Shown: positions 14,831 through 30,949 of the stretch, in pieces
Numbering within the stretch: position 1 is the first letter of the stretch
Layout: each line of letters starts with the position of its first letter
Position numbers and translations under genes: made by a program
The notes under the pieces: generated by a model
What the model saw: the letters and a program-made list of their open reading frames with translations, nothing else
What the model was told of the DNA's origin: nothing
Databases searched by the model: none
Origin: the human T2T-CHM13v2.0 reference genome, Homo sapiens
Assembly (NCBI GenBank): GCA_009914755.4
Contig: CP068257.2
Coordinates: forward strand, 40,768,001 to 40,832,000
DNA: 64,000 nt
Reading direction: 5' to 3'

Positions 14831-16867
14831 AAAAGCTTTCAACTTCTTGAGAAATGAAAACAATGCAAATGAGACATAACTACATGCCAACTTCACAATG
14901 ATTCACATGAAGTGAAAGGAAATGGTCCCCCACCTACAGTCACAGGGGTAGAAACTGTGTAAACTTCCCAGCTGTGTAAACTTAGACACCGGAAAGCTCA
15001 AAAACAGATGAAAGTTTTGACCTAGCAGTTCCACTTCTAGGAATTTATCCTAAAATGTCACCATAGATATACGCAAATATCGACCCCCAAGGACACTTAG
15101 AAGAATGGCACTTATAATATTGATGCACAGGAAACGGACCAAATTACCCACAAAAAAGAACGGGTGAAATAACAAATGAGGTACACATATAATGGAATAC
15201 CTATAGGAGGACAAGATGATATAGAAAACGGTTGGAGAGATTTTCTGTAAAGGACCAGACAGTAAATACAGCACTTAAACTTTATGGGCCATGCGGTCTG
15301 TCCTAACGACCCCACTCTGCTGTTATGGCGTGAAAGCAGCCACAGACAGTATGTGAACAAATGAGCATGTCTGTGTTCCAATAAAACTTTATTTACAAAA
15401 GAAGGGGGTGGGCCAGATTTGACCCATCAGCCATAGTTTGTCAACATCTAGAAAATATTTAATTATTTAATGCCATAGAAAGGTGAAGGTGATATTGTTA
15501 AAATTTTTTAAAAGCTTCAAAATAATACAAATAGTACATGTTACTTCCAAAGGAAATATAGATATATAGATAGAAAAAGGCAAGAAATTCAATAATAAAT
15601 TGCTAATAGGATTATCTCTGAGTAATGATGCCGTCGTGGGTAATTTTTAAAAATCTTTTCAATGAACTGTATTTTCTAAATTGTTCTTCTAATGAACAAT
15701 ACATTACTCTATTTACAAGGAAAAGTTTTTGTTCCTCCCCACTACTTAGTCATAGCAAAATAATCAAAAAATAAGAGAAAGGAATATTATAGTGCTATTA
15801 ATATTCATATTATTTATATTATAAAATATTAGGAACAACTATAGGTCAAACTATGATCAAATGGCTGTGTAAATTGCATATCTACTTGATGGAATACTGT
15901 GATTCCATAAGAAAAAATTTATAAAAACCTTTTATGGAAAAAACCCACCTGCCTATATCTGTACTGTGCATGAAACCACACATACGGGCAAAAGCAGGAA
16001 GAGACTTTGCAGACATAAAAACCAGGTAAGTTTTGGGAGTCAGGTGATTGCAAGATTTTTTTTTCTTTCATTGACACTTAGCTAATTTTGAGCCATATTT
16101 TTAAATGTGTGTCTTTTCAGTTACTTGAAACCTCTTCTCCCACCTCCCATCCTTTCCAAACCTCCTCCAAGCCAATTTTCCAGTTGGTTTAAAAGAAATC
16201 ATTAGGGTGACCCCCACTCCCACTTTCTGGAACCTCAGGCAGAGCTCCTGTGGTTCCTCCCTAGCACCAATGTGTCAGGAATCTGCCTGCGTCCAAGCCC
16301 TGACTTCCAGAACCGGCAACCCCACAGCTCCCTTTGACCAGTCCTGACTATCTCTGGTCAAAAAGATCCTAGCCGTATAGGTTGCTAGAGAGTCCACTGT
16401 TTTATCAGGCATTTGTGACTTATTTACGAAACCAACTTTTTTCCTTCAGTTGTTAGGAGCCACTCCGTCATCTGCTGCTGGATTTTAATCTAGGCCTCTA
16501 ATATCTTTGGCGACATCCAGTTTATCCTGAGTTTTCGGAGGGACTGGTGGCCACTGCTTCTCAGGACTTCCTGGAGGACTCAGAGATTTCCTGGCCAGGA
16601 TCTGACCTCCTTCAGGATTGACAGGACAATTGTGGAGCCCCAGTCTCTGAAAACCTCCAACAAGAGAAGAAAACACCGGTCTCCAGGGAGAGAGCAAAGG
16701 GCTTAACGAAACGATCCCCTCTCCAATGCCCCTTCTCCCTGAGATTCTGCAGATCTAGGGAAGTGCAGGTGTCCAGCCTGTGGGTGTCAGAATGGCTGGG
16801 GAGATATTTCCCCCACAGGGACAGTCAGTCACATTGGTCACCTACATGAGGGTATGGGCAGAAATCA

Positions 16868-17353
<486 letters not shown>

Positions 17354-20300
17354 TTAGAAGTTGCCATATTGCTATTGTTCAGAAGATAAATTACTCTCAA
17401 AGCCCTTTCCATTGCTTTTTTGCGATTGTTTTCACCTGTCCCACATAAACGCAATTCTTTCCCTGTGCGTGTGGTACACCTACCATAAGCATAAGTAGTT
17501 TCGGTACTCACATAATTCCCGAGTCCCAAAAATGTAGATGGCACCACGGAAGAGATAGTAGGCCACAGTGTTACTGGCTTCCCATAAACACAGCCCTTTC
17601 CTGGCTCACACGGGCATGACCTAATTAAGAACGAAAGTACCCGAGCCGTCCGGTGCCCGGTCCTTCCCCCACATAGCAAAGTGGGGAGTGGCTTTGGACC
17701 AACGGCTTGCATCAAAATAACCCCGGGGCTGTGTTTCCTACGAAAGAATTCCACCTATCACAATGCCAAGGAGACCAGAGACCTTTCTAAGTCATTCCCT
17801 GTAACTCTGAGAGGGCGGAGGAAGCAGGGAAATAGCAGAAGATTCCCAATTAAATTCTAGTTCCCTCTCCCAGATATCAGGCATGGCTGCTCTGGGAACC
17901 TGCTTCCTCCAAGGGCTAAAATCCACAGGGGCTCCAGCAGGCACATCAGCACAGACACTCAGATCATCCGCTTTCATTCCCTTTGTGACTACCTGTTGTA
18001 ACGTTTGAAATTCCAAAGGAATCTAGTAAGCCATTTGAAGCAACCCGTGTTTCCCAAGATCATAGTAAAATCTAAACAAGAGTTCTGTGCCAAAAATGTT
18101 CATTTCATTTCTATCGCAAGAAGAGCTTGAAAGAGTAACTTAGAAAAGCAAGAAGTTCATGTTGGGCCATTTTCTGGCTTTCATTCTTGCTGATACCTCT
18201 GTTTATTATCAGCATGTAGCAAATTACATCGTTTATCCATATAAAAAGAATAAGTGGGCAAATGGCTTCTGAAAGATGGAACCTGGGTGAGAACATCCCC
18301 TCCCAAACAGGCTGTGGTTGGCAAGCTGTACAACACTGAGAAGTGTTGAGAAGCATCTTCTCTCCTCACACCCATTTTACTCACCATTTCTGGAGCTGCC
18401 ATCATTAAAAGCAGAAATAATTTCCTTTTTCATTATAAAAACAAGTGTGATGGTAAGCAGGCCGCCAACAGGTTAGTCCAATCGGGGAATATTTTCCCCA
18501 AGTCACTCAGCCTTGTCGACTCAATCATCGCAGCAAATGGCATTATCGCGGGCATCTGTGTAACCCAAGCTGCCGTGGGCCTATCAAATAGCCCTTGGTG
18601 GTATGGCTGCAGAGACCAGGGAGGGAAAAATGTGGCTTCCCTTTAATTAGTCAGTAAGGTGAGCAAACCTTTTCAGAAGCTTTGCATCAGGGAGTGATCG
18701 GAACACAGCCGCTCCTTTTACTTGAAAGAAGGGGTAGGCTCTGCCCAGTGCTGAGCATGTGACCGTCAAGAGGGCAGACATACTCTCTGGTGGGGGTTTC
18801 TGTCCCTCCCTGTAACTGAGCCCCCAAGTTCAATTCTGCAGCTACTCCTGCAGACAAAAGATGGGGAGCCTGAAGATGCTCATCACAGCCTGCGCTCCAC
18901 AAAAGACACGTCATGTTTCCTTCCTCGGAGGCCTCTGCATCCCAAGAGGCTTCTGCACACAGCACTGCTTAAAGGGGTTTAACCGCTGCTGTGGGGACCA
19001 GAGCGCTGAGCATCTTTGAAGGGCTGAATTTACCATTGTGGATGGCAACTCGCAAATCCATGCATTTATTCAGCAAATATTTAGCAAGCATCTGCCATGG
19101 GCCAGACTCTAGACACAGTGCAGCCAGCAAGAAAAACAAAGTGCTCCCATGGGGCCCCAGATGTTAAGCGCTAGGAAGAGATTAGGCCGGGGAGGGTCTG
19201 AGAGAGATGAGGGCAGAGTGGTACAGGACAGCCTCTAGGGAGAGTGTTGTTTCAGCAGGGACCTTGATGATGTTTTAGTAGAGACCTTGGTGACCAGTGA
19301 AGTGAGTCTTGTGAAATTCCTCCAAGGAGGGCGACCACCAGCTCCAAAGCCTGGAATAGGGGCCACGCTGGAGTGTTTGAGGAACCCCAAGAGGGGCCGT
19401 GAGCCTAGAAAGCAGGGAACAGGGAATAGCCGATGGCAGATCCCAAGGCCCAGGGGCATGGGAAGGGCTCTGGTTTGCCTTTGATGTGTGGAAAGCCTTG
19501 GGCGATCTCAATGGGGCAAATTTGGGTTGACAGGCAGGGCATAGAGTGGGGTAAGGATGGGGGGACACAAGGACAGCCACAAGGAGGCTGCACCTCATGG
19601 GCCACAAGGGCCATGACTCGGCACGAGTGGTGATGACGGTGAGGACTGGCTGCCTGAGGTTGATTTTGAAGGCAGAATTGGCAGGATGTGCTGACGGCAA
19701 ACGCCTGAGAGATGCGTCCAGGCAGTCCTTGATTAAGACAGTCTTACTTTCTCCGTCCCAGTAGGTACCTGCCCACACACCTGTCAGTGCCTTTGGGTGT
19801 GATCTATGGTCTCCTTCAAGCTCACACATCTCTCCTTCACCTATTTCCTGACTACTCTTTCTGGTCCCTCAACGAATGTTTGCCCTCAAAGGCAATGACA
19901 GGAAATTTAACATGTCATTCTTTCTTTGCTTTTACCTGTGTGTTATAGGAGATGCTCCCCGCTGGAGTACAGCTCTGGCGGGACAGAGTCTGGAATGCAC
20001 TTTCACTCCTAAGACCCCGCCGTGCCCAGCACAGCCATGTGTGTGTGACAGGGGCTCTGTCTGCATAGAAGAGCTGATCATAAACCCTGGGGGGACAAAT
20101 AACACCAAATCGACATGCAATAACCAACTACGAGGGCATGTTAACACGTGTGTCAGATGTAGGTCAAAGGTCAAGCCAGCTCCCCACGGGGTAGCAGGGA
20201 GAGGCCCTACAAGGGTGGCTGGTCTTCCTTGCTGTAAAATATCCTCTCAGGAAGTTTACCGACAAATCAATTCCACTGAGCTCAAACTAAAATTTTGAGG

Positions 20301-20839
20301 AACCAAACAAATAAGCTTATCTGGGGCCCAGCGCGTGATAGTTACGCAGCCAGTGCCATGAGCAGACTTGGTTTCAGGGCATGAGCGCCTTATCCTATCC
20401 TGATGTCTCCTGGGAGCCCCATGAAGCTTTAGTAACGATTTGCAAACAGCTTGAGTTACAGGCACATTCTCTTCAGTAAGTGAGGGAGGAAACTGGTAGA
20501 CTCTTCCCTGATGGGCTTGGAAGATAACTTTTCAAGTTAGGAAGGCAGGATGAAGCTAGATGTAGGCATCTTCTGGCCTACACAAATAAGATTTTTTTAA
20601 GAGAAATGCATAGAAGCATTTTTCATTTTAATATGTTATAAACATAACACAATTGCTCAAAACAGGGTTTATTATTTAGAAGAGAAAAATATACTTGAGT
20701 AGAGACTATATTTCATACCCAAATCTACTTTTTCCCTCTGGGTCACAAGCTTTCTCTATTTGCAGACTTTCAAATTCAAGATAAATCATTTGATTGTGGA
20801 ATTATTTCATCTTTTGAATTCCTCAAAGAAAAAGGATAA

Positions 20840-21289
20840 TGAAGTGTGTGGACATTATGCTAAATGAAATAAGCCAGACGGAGAAAGACAAATACTGCAG
20901 GATCGCACTTATATGTAGAATCTTAAAAAAAAAAAAAAAAAAAAAAAGTTGAATACATAGAGAATAAAGTGGGGTTCTCAGGGGAGGGTGTAGGGGCAGG
21001 AAATGGAGAGGTGTGGATCAAAGGGTGCAAAGCTGCAGATGTGTAGGATGAAGAAGTCCAGAGACGGAAGATACAGCTGACAGCCAGAGGTATAATATCT
21101 TATTGAATACTGAAAATTTGCCCACAGCAGATTTTAGTTTCGGTTACCATGAAAAAAAAGTAAAAAAAGTAACAATGCAAGATGATAGATATGTTAATTT
21201 GCTTGATGACAGCGCTCATTTCACTATTATGAATATAGCAAAACATCCCATTGTACACCTTAAATACGTACAGTAAAAAGAATATTATT
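20840..21289 (+). mobile_element. L1 3'-end fragment (ORF2 end plus 3'UTR), sense, including an internal A23 run at 20925-20947.
   Basis: It contains the L1 3' hallmarks gacattatgctaaatgaaataagccagac...cacttatatgtagaatct...cattgtacaccttaaatac. Confidence 0.6.
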
Positions 21290-21601
<312 letters not shown>

Positions 21602-21624
21602 AAAAGAATATTATTTAAAAATCA

Positions 21625-21921
21625 GGCAGGGCACAGTGGCTCACACCTGTAATCCCAGCACTTTGGGAAGCTGAGGCAGGTGGATCACCTGAGGTCTGGA
21701 GTTCCAGCCGGGCCAACATAGTGAAACCCCATCTCTACTAAATATATAAAAATTAGCCAGGCATGGTGGTGTACGCCTGTAGTCCCAGCCACTCGGGAGG
21801 CTGAGGCAGGAGAATCACTTGAACCCAGGAGGCAGAGGTTGCAGTGAGCCTAGATCATGCCACCGCACTCCAGCCTGGGTGACGGAGTGAGATTCTGCCT
21901 CAAAAAAGTGAAAATAAAACT
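21625..21921 (+). mobile_element. Full-length Alu, sense.
   Basis: It runs from ggcagggcacagtggctcacacctgtaatcc to ...gattctgcctcaaaaaagtgaaaataaaac. Confidence 0.9.
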
Positions 21922-23172
21922 ATACAAATAAATATCACAATATGCTCACATTTAATGGTGAAATATTGAGACCTTGTCCTCTGAAATGGAGAGTTATACA
22001 AGAAGGTGCTCTAGTACCACATCTGTTCAACATTTGACTTGGGTTCCAAGTCAGTGCAATAAAGGCAAAAAAAATAGAAGGAACTATTATGCGTAGAGCT
22101 GCCATGAACATTCATAGACCAATCTTTGTGTGGACACACGTTTTCATGTATATTTACCTTTATAAGAAACCCTCCAAATGTTCCCCAAAGTGGTTGGACA
22201 GTTACGCATTCCCACCAGCACAGTGTGAGAGCTCCTGTTACTCCCCAGCCTTGTGTAAACCTGGTATTTTCCATTTTAGCTCTTCTGGTGGGTGTGCTGT
22301 GGAATCACATTGCGGTTTTAATTTTCATTTCCCTGATGACTAATGATGTTGAGCATCTTTTCATGTCTATGTATATATCTTCTTTTTAAAAGTATCTTTT
22401 TTGATACTTTGCCCATTCTTAAAATAGATGCTTGTTTTCTTATTATTTGTTATAAGTATATATAAAATATTCTGTATATTCTAGAAACAAGTCCTTTGTC
22501 AGCTATATGTATAGTGATACTTTCTCCCAGTCTGTGGTTCACCTTATTATACTCTTTAAGATGTCTTTCAAAGAGCAGAAGTTTTCAACTTTGGTGAAGT
22601 ACAGTTCATCAAGTTTTTCTTTTGTTGGTTTATTCGCTTTATGTCCTAAGAAAGTTTTGCAAACTCCAACATAGCAAACATTTTTTTTCTAGGTTTTCTT
22701 AAGGAGTTTTATAGTTTTAGCATTTACATTTTGAGTTAATTTTTGTATATAATGTGAGGTAAGGGTTGAGGTTCGTTTTTCCTCCTACCAATATGCAGTT
22801 TTCCTAGCACTAATTTTTTTTTTTTTTTTTTTCAGACAGGGTCTCATTCTGTCACCCAGGCTGGAATGCAGTGATGCAATCACAGCTCATTGCAGCCTCG
22901 ATTTCTTGGGCTTAAGCCATCATCCCACTTCAGCCTCCTGAGTAGCTGGAACTAATGCCACCATGTCTTTTTTTTTTTTTTTAAGAGACGGAGTCTCACT
23001 CTGCTGCCCTGGCTGATCTCAAACTCCTGGGCCCAAGTGATCCTCCCACTTTGGCCTCCCAAACTGCTGAGATTATGGGCATGAGCCTCTAGCACCATTT
23101 ATCAAAAGCATTATCCTTCCCCCATTGAATTTCATTGGCATCCTTGTTGAAAATCAATTGATTGTAGGTGTG
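21922..23172 (-). mobile_element. L1 ORF2-derived fragment, antisense, interrupted by Alu-derived sequence at 22805-23093.
   Basis: It contains antisense-L1 motifs: cattcccaccagcac (reverse complement of CWW-region codons), ctgatgactaatgatgttgagcatcttttcatg, and cccattgaatttcattggcatccttgttgaaaatcaattga. Confidence 0.55.
22805..23093 (-). mobile_element. Two adjoining Alu-derived fragments, antisense, each with a poly-T leader.
   Basis: It contains ttttcagacagggtctcattctgtcacccaggctggaatgcag... and ttttaagagacggagtctcactctgctgccctggc...catgagcc. Confidence 0.75.
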
Positions 23173-24600
<1,428 letters not shown>

Positions 24601-25299
24601 CTGAGCTGGGGGCAGAGGTGCATCTGAGGTTCTGAGAATGTTCCAGAGCAGGCTATCTCCACCTTGGCACTAGTGAAATTTTGTTGGGGAGACTGTCCTG
24701 GGCACTGTGACATTCCCAGCCTCTACCCACTAGTGCCGGTACCACGATGTCCACCCCACCCACCACCACCCCCGCCTCATTTTGGAAACAAAAATGTCTC
24801 CAGACATTGCCAAATGTCCCCTTGGGTGGAGGAGGTACAAAATTCCCCTGGTTGCCCTGTTTGATTTTGGGTCGTGGGGGAATTAGGGGTGTGGGCTCAT
24901 TTATGGAAATTCCTTGAGCTATACACATATGATTCATCAACTTTTCTGTACACATATAAAGCTTTTAAAGTTTTTAAAATAAAAAAACAAGTCAATGAAT
25001 GACTGAAAGAACCAGTAAGTTTTCCAGCAATCCGAGACAATAGATAGAGTGGGGTTTAATGTCTTGTTCACAGACAAGGAGACTGGGATCCAGGGTGGGT
25101 CAGGGCAGGGGGCCAGCAGGATCCAGGAGGGAACTCATTCCCTGACTTCTCCTCGGCTTCCTTCACCCATGCTCTCACGCATTCTTGCTCCCGAATACTA
25201 GCCAAGTCCCTACAGAGGCTGATCCCGTGCAGGGGCTCGGTTGGACCTTTAGCCTCAAACTCCCGTGGTGGAAACAGTTAGGATTGGTGGACGCTGCAC

Positions 25300-25483
25300 C
25301 CAGCATCCTGCAAACAGAATTCTGAAAACTGATATCTCGTGCAAACAGGATATCAACTTTTGTCAGAAAGATCAAAAAGAGCTTGAGGTTTTTCTTCACA
25401 GCCTCAGCCTTGCCTCTCCCCCTCTTGCTTTATCTCCTCATTTCTGTGTGCAGGCGAGCTTCTTGGCCTAAGGGCAGGAAGAG
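25300..25483 (+). promoter_or_regulatory. UBASH3A: Presumed UBASH3A core promoter and short 5'UTR. CpG-poor, with GGAA (ETS-like) cores at 25463-25480.
   Basis: This is inferred only from its position immediately 5' of the first coding exon. The motif caggaagag abuts the ATG. No TATA box is evident. Confidence 0.35.
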
Positions 25484-25596
25484 ATGGCAGCGGGGGAGAC
25501 GCAGCTCTACGCCAAGGTCTCCAACAAGCTCAAGGGCCGCAGCAGCCCCTCCCTCCTGGAGCCCCTCCTGGCCATGGGCTTCCCGGTGCACACCGC
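25484..25596 (+). CDS. UBASH3A: UBASH3A exon 1, coding part: MAAGETQLYAKVSNKLKGRSSPSLLEPLLAMGFPVHT(A).
   Basis: The ATG at 25484 sits in a weak Kozak context (agagATGg). The donor gtgagt is at 25597. The MGF motif marks the UBA domain. The ORF track shows only an overlapping out-of-frame ORF (25383..25634). Confidence 0.9.
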
Positions 25597-26477
25597 GTGA
25601 GTACTGCCCAGAGACCCCGGGGCCCAGCCAGTAAGGCTGGTGCCAGACCCTGCTGCGGCCCCCGGCATGGAGCTGCAGGGGTGTAGGGTACGGCTTCCTG
25701 CCAAAGCAGTGCACCTTGCAGGGTAAGACACTGCCTCTTCACAGGGCCCTCTTCTGCTTCTCGTAAATGAGGTGATCTTGACCAAGCTTGTCCAACCCAC
25801 ATGAGGCCCAGGACAGCTTTGGGCTTAAGCCATCATCCCACCTCAGCCTCCTAAGGCTGCCCTGTTCAATTTGTGTTGGCTGCCCAACACAAATTGGTAA
25901 ACTTTCTTAAAATATTATGAGATTTTTTTTTAGCTCATTAGCTATTATTAGTGTTAACGTATTTTATGTGTGGCCCAGGGAGGCACAAGAATACCCCTGA
26001 TATTCTTGACCTTTTAAAGACCAGCTCGGCTGGCTGACTGGGGGACCCTGAAATTTGTGAAAATCAGAAGCCATGTATTACTCTGGGTGCCCCATTTTGG
26101 GGGTTTGGAGGAGATTGGGGCCTGGTTGTAATCTCTTTGTGTGCAGCTCAGTGACTCTGAAAGTGGCGTTTCAAGATATTCAAACTCTAACGTGAAAGGC
26201 CCCAAAGCCCGCTGAGTCTCTAACACTGGGACCAACTGTCAGCAGGGCTGTGCTTCCACGCTGCCCGGGGAAAGTCACTTGTCCTCAGAGACAATCCCTT
26301 GAGTGTCTGATAACGAAACAAATGGGTAGGAAACTTCAGACACAGTGTGAGCGCGACCCTGCTTACCCAAGGGAAAGGCCTGCATGTGGAAGAGCTTAGC
26401 CTTCAGAGTTACCGCTCTCGGAGAGGGAGGCCACGACACCAACATTGGGTTACAGCTTTCATGGCAAACCAGTGCCT

Positions 26478-26584
26478 TAAATCTGACCCATTCATTTTTT
26501 CACATGGAAAAATGTATCAGAAACACACTTTAAATCTGACCCATTCATTTTTTCACATGGAAAAATGTATCAGAAACACACTTT
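26478..26584. repeat. Tandem duplication, 2 x 53/54 bp (taaatctgacccattcattttttcacatggaaaaatgtatcagaaacacactt), in UBASH3A intron 1.
   Basis: Direct reading: two perfect adjacent copies. Confidence 0.9.
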
Positions 26585-27844
26585 AGGTAACTTTGGGTTG
26601 GGGAAGGAGCTAAACTTTCCTTCCACACTATAACAAAAGCTTGGCCAAATTGGGTGAAGTAACTCTGAAGCTAGACAAACCCATTTCTTCTCCCCAAATC
26701 AGGGCTTTGTCGTCACTGTTATGTTCAAGCTAAGCCAGGGGCCTTTGAATGGGGAGTGGGGTCAGGCATGTGCAGGGCGGCCACGGGGCACCGTCCAGGC
26801 ATTACAGACAAGGCAGCTTTTGTCCACTGCTCACCACCCAGTGCAGGCAGGACACTGGGCCCAGAGAGTGCATTAGTGGCGGAGGTGGAACCCGAACCAG
26901 CTCTCCATGCCTTTGAAGGAGTCCACGCTGGATTTTACTACTAAACCTATAGCATGGACTTCTACTCAAAATTCCTTCCAGTTTAAACATTAAGCACATG
27001 TTGGAGGAAGAGAAATGTGTGTTAATTTCCCCACACCAGAGCACCTCATAGTAAGGGCCCTGCACCAAGGCTGCCTTGTTCAAACCTCTCCAGGTGGCCA
27101 CAGCCCCATCGGTGCCCACCCAAATAGCAGCATTCGGCATCATGTGGTGCGTTCCTCATGGACGCCCGCTGTTTCCAGTCTGCATTCCTGATAAATTACC
27201 TTTGCTATATTCCATTCTGTTTCATTTGGTCCAGTTCTGCCCAATTCAATGCAATGTACTTACGTCCCGGGTTACCGTGATGAATAAGACTCAGTCCTGT
27301 GTTCAGGGAGTTCTTGGTCTAGCAGGGGAGAGCCGTGGGTGCAAGGGGACTGTGTAAGCCGTAACAAGTGCCTGCCTGGGTGCTTTGGAAAGGGCTGTTT
27401 CCCAGCAGAGAGGTGTGGGAGGCGAGCCTGGGGATCAGGGTCGCTGATGCTGGGGTGAGGAAAGCGTGTGTCCGAGCCAGGGGCACGTTCCGCAGGGTGG
27501 GTCCATTTGATCTAGGCAGTGGGGGGGGTGGGGGCAGGCCAGGGAGAGGGATTGCAGGAGCGGGCGGAGGTCAGGTCCTCAGCCCTGAGACCCCGTGCCA
27601 AGGGCTGAAGCGGGTAGCCAGGGAAGGACAGTGAGGGGGAGGTGTGAGCTGGTCAGCATTGTCCAAAACCACGATGGCAGCACTCAGGGGACAGGCGCTA
27701 GAACTTCCAGCTGGAAGTTCAGCATCAGGCCCTCTTCAGAGCACCCCCCAAAGATCCTGGGTGTGCAAGGCTACACCCTGCCTCTCTGACCCTTTTCCCA
27801 AGAATGGGCGACGTGACTCTGTGTCTGTGTCTGCTCTTCTGCAG

Positions 27845-27898
27845 GCTGAAAGCGTTGGCAGCCACGGGGAGGAAGACGGCGGAGGAGGCCTTGGCCTG
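27845..27898 (+). CDS. UBASH3A: UBASH3A exon 2: (A)LKALAATGRKTAEEALA(W).
   Basis: A polypyrimidine tract and cag acceptor end at 27844. The donor gtgagt is at 27899. The exon completes the UBA domain. Confidence 0.9.
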
Positions 27899-30276
27899 GT
27901 GAGTGCAGCTGCTTCTGTAGACCCAGGGGCGTTTGGGCTGAATTCCCTGTGCCTAAGGACTCCCTCCCACCAGGGCTGATACCAGGAAGAGCCGGGCGCC
28001 TCTGGGTGGGATGGGGCCACTGCGGAAGTGAAACAAAATAACCTCCCTGCCTACCCATAGTGCACTGAGGGAGGGGCACAGGGCTTTGGTTAACCATGGA
28101 AAGAGAAAGAGAGAACTCTGAACAAGGCTTTCTTCACTTACAAACCTGATTCAATCCAATTTGACTGCCAAGAAGAACAGGTTCATGTGCTTTGTTGAGT
28201 AAATGGGGAAGACATGATTGTTGTGTTGTGATAAGCACGTAAATGAGGGTAATTGTTAGAATAAAGTAATTAGGTTAAAAATGGTAACATTTGGGTTTTA
28301 TATTAGTACTGCTAATATTCAGCCTATTTCAGTAATTGAAGAGCAGGCTGGGATTTTGCATACTTGTGTTTGATTATGTCCTCCTCAACTGCCTACTACG
28401 ATGGATAAGATTGAGATAGATAGGAGGATGTTTGTGTTTATTGATGGAAAGATTTGAGACATAATTGACATCTTTGCTGATAGAGACTAGCGGCCACCAT
28501 GCTCTCGGGCTGCCTCTGAGGGGAAGGGAGTTTACTGGTGGTCATGAAGCCAGGTGTGTGGGTCTAAGGGTGCCAGGTGTGTGGGTCGGGTGAGGGCTCT
28601 GATTTGAGGTGACCTCACCAGGTACCAGCTGCGTGAGTGATTCTTCAAGCCACCCACTGCCATGGGCCTGTTCTCTGCTCTGGGGATGGAGAGGAGGGCC
28701 ACCGTTTCTCTAAAACCCTCTCCTACCCGGATGTGCTGTGGGGAGTCCTTCATCCTCTGCCCTGAGATAGCCACGGGGAAAATCAAACAATAAAAACCAG
28801 GTCCTGGGAGGCTGGAGTGTCCTCTCCAAAGCAGGAGGGCAGATACTGATCCTGGGTCTCTGAACGTGCAGTGTTCCCAATGGGATGCCCCCTCCTCCTC
28901 CAGAAAGTGTAGGCCACGGGCAAAATGGGCAACCCCTTCACAGAGTCCACTAAAGCCAGTTGCCAATTTTGGATCAGAAACAAGCCCACTGCTGTGAAGG
29001 GCATGGCCAGCACCTGCCCACTGCAACCCAGTCAATAAGACTAGGAACCCCACCAAAAAATAGGGAGGCAATGGGGTCCCCTAGACTGTCAAGAGCACCC
29101 CAACCTCTCACTAGTAACCAGGGAGGTGGTGCAAATTAAGATATCATTAGAGCAAACAAGGTAACTCCAAGTGTTGATGAGGGTGAGGGAAGCGGGGCCT
29201 CACACGTCACTGGTGTCACTGAGGAAGGCAGTGCTGGGTATCTGCCAACCTTGGCAACATGCACAGCCCACCAGCCTCCGTCGTGCGTCTAAGCAGATTC
29301 CCTGGAGAAATGCAAGGAGCCTAAAGAGACATGTACAAAGATCTTGATTGCAGGGTTATGAAATGGTTTTAAAATAAAATAATTTAGATGTTCATCAATG
29401 CGGGAATGAACAAGTGCAACATTGTATATGTATACATGAACTATTACACAGCCTTTAACAAATTCGCGCTGACAAACTTCACTAGACACGTGTGTATCAA
29501 CAGGGATTAATTGAAAAGACATGGTAGAGGAAAAATGCCAGTTGTAGAATAATTTGAATAACAGCTTATGATTTATGTAAAACAAGTGCTATCTATAAGT
29601 CCGTTACTTAAATTTCTGGGAGAAGGCAAAGCAGCTTCACCCTCTGGGTGAACCCTGGAAAGGGGGAGGGTGGGAACCACGATGGAGAGGAGTGGTAACT
29701 TCTTCTGTGATTTTTATTGAAGAGAATATGGTCTTGCGTAAGTTCTGTTTCCTCTAGTGATTGAATACTACTTTCTAAATTGAAAATTATATCACAGGCA
29801 CTTTGCTGAGTAATTAGAAATTCTTCCAAACCATGATTTCTAATGAATGCACGGTAAATAGATTTGCTATCAGTTATGGAGTTTTTCTTCTTTCTTCTAA
29901 ATAACCCTAAATAACCTTCTAACTTTCTTCTAAATAGCCCTAAATAGATGGTTCATGTGCAAAGTTTTGCCTATACAGTACTTTGTGCTCTTTCCTCGGG
30001 AGAAATTTCTGGAAGTAGAATTATTAATGCAAAGAGTGTGGGCATTTTAAGACTCTCAATACCTATTGGCAAATTGCTTCACATAAAAGTTGAAAGGTCT
30101 GTCCTTAAGTCCTGCTGCATCTTTTACACATTGAGCAGAACTTTTATCCTTTTTATTGAAAAAATCTTTGTGAACTTGACAGATGAGAAAAATGCCGTCT
30201 CGGAGCTATTTTATTTCCATTTTTATTGTTAGTGACAATGAACTCCTATGTTGGGTCATCCGTCGTTTTTCCTTTA

Positions 30277-30612
<336 letters not shown>

Positions 30613-30949
30613 TCAAGGAGATGCTGGGCCCACGGATCATTGGAAGACCAGGTTTTAGGTCTTGCTGTCAACTTTCTTTCATTTTTTCTACCTTTGACTT
30701 TGGAATCAGACTAAGGTGGGTCTGAGAGCAGGACTTACACTGACCAGGTCTGTGCCACACACAGCTGTGCCGCAGTGCCTCCCACCAGTAGGATGGCTGT
30801 GAGATTAATTTATGTCATGAGCATATATGATGTCTTCAGTGTGCCCTATAATTCTGCATTGCTGTCATTGTCATTCTGTTGTGTATCCTCAAAGGGGAAA
30901 ACTCTTTTTGTTGTGACAGTGGGTGATGCCGGCTTGCTCTCTGTTGCAG

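Noticed and set aside
17400-17720. A moderately CpG-containing stretch about 0.5 kb 5' of the TMPRSS3 ATG exon, considered as a TMPRSS3 promoter or CpG island.
   Set aside because: CpG density is modest. TMPRSS3 has a separate non-coding exon 1 whose position I cannot establish from the sequence, so no promoter is called.
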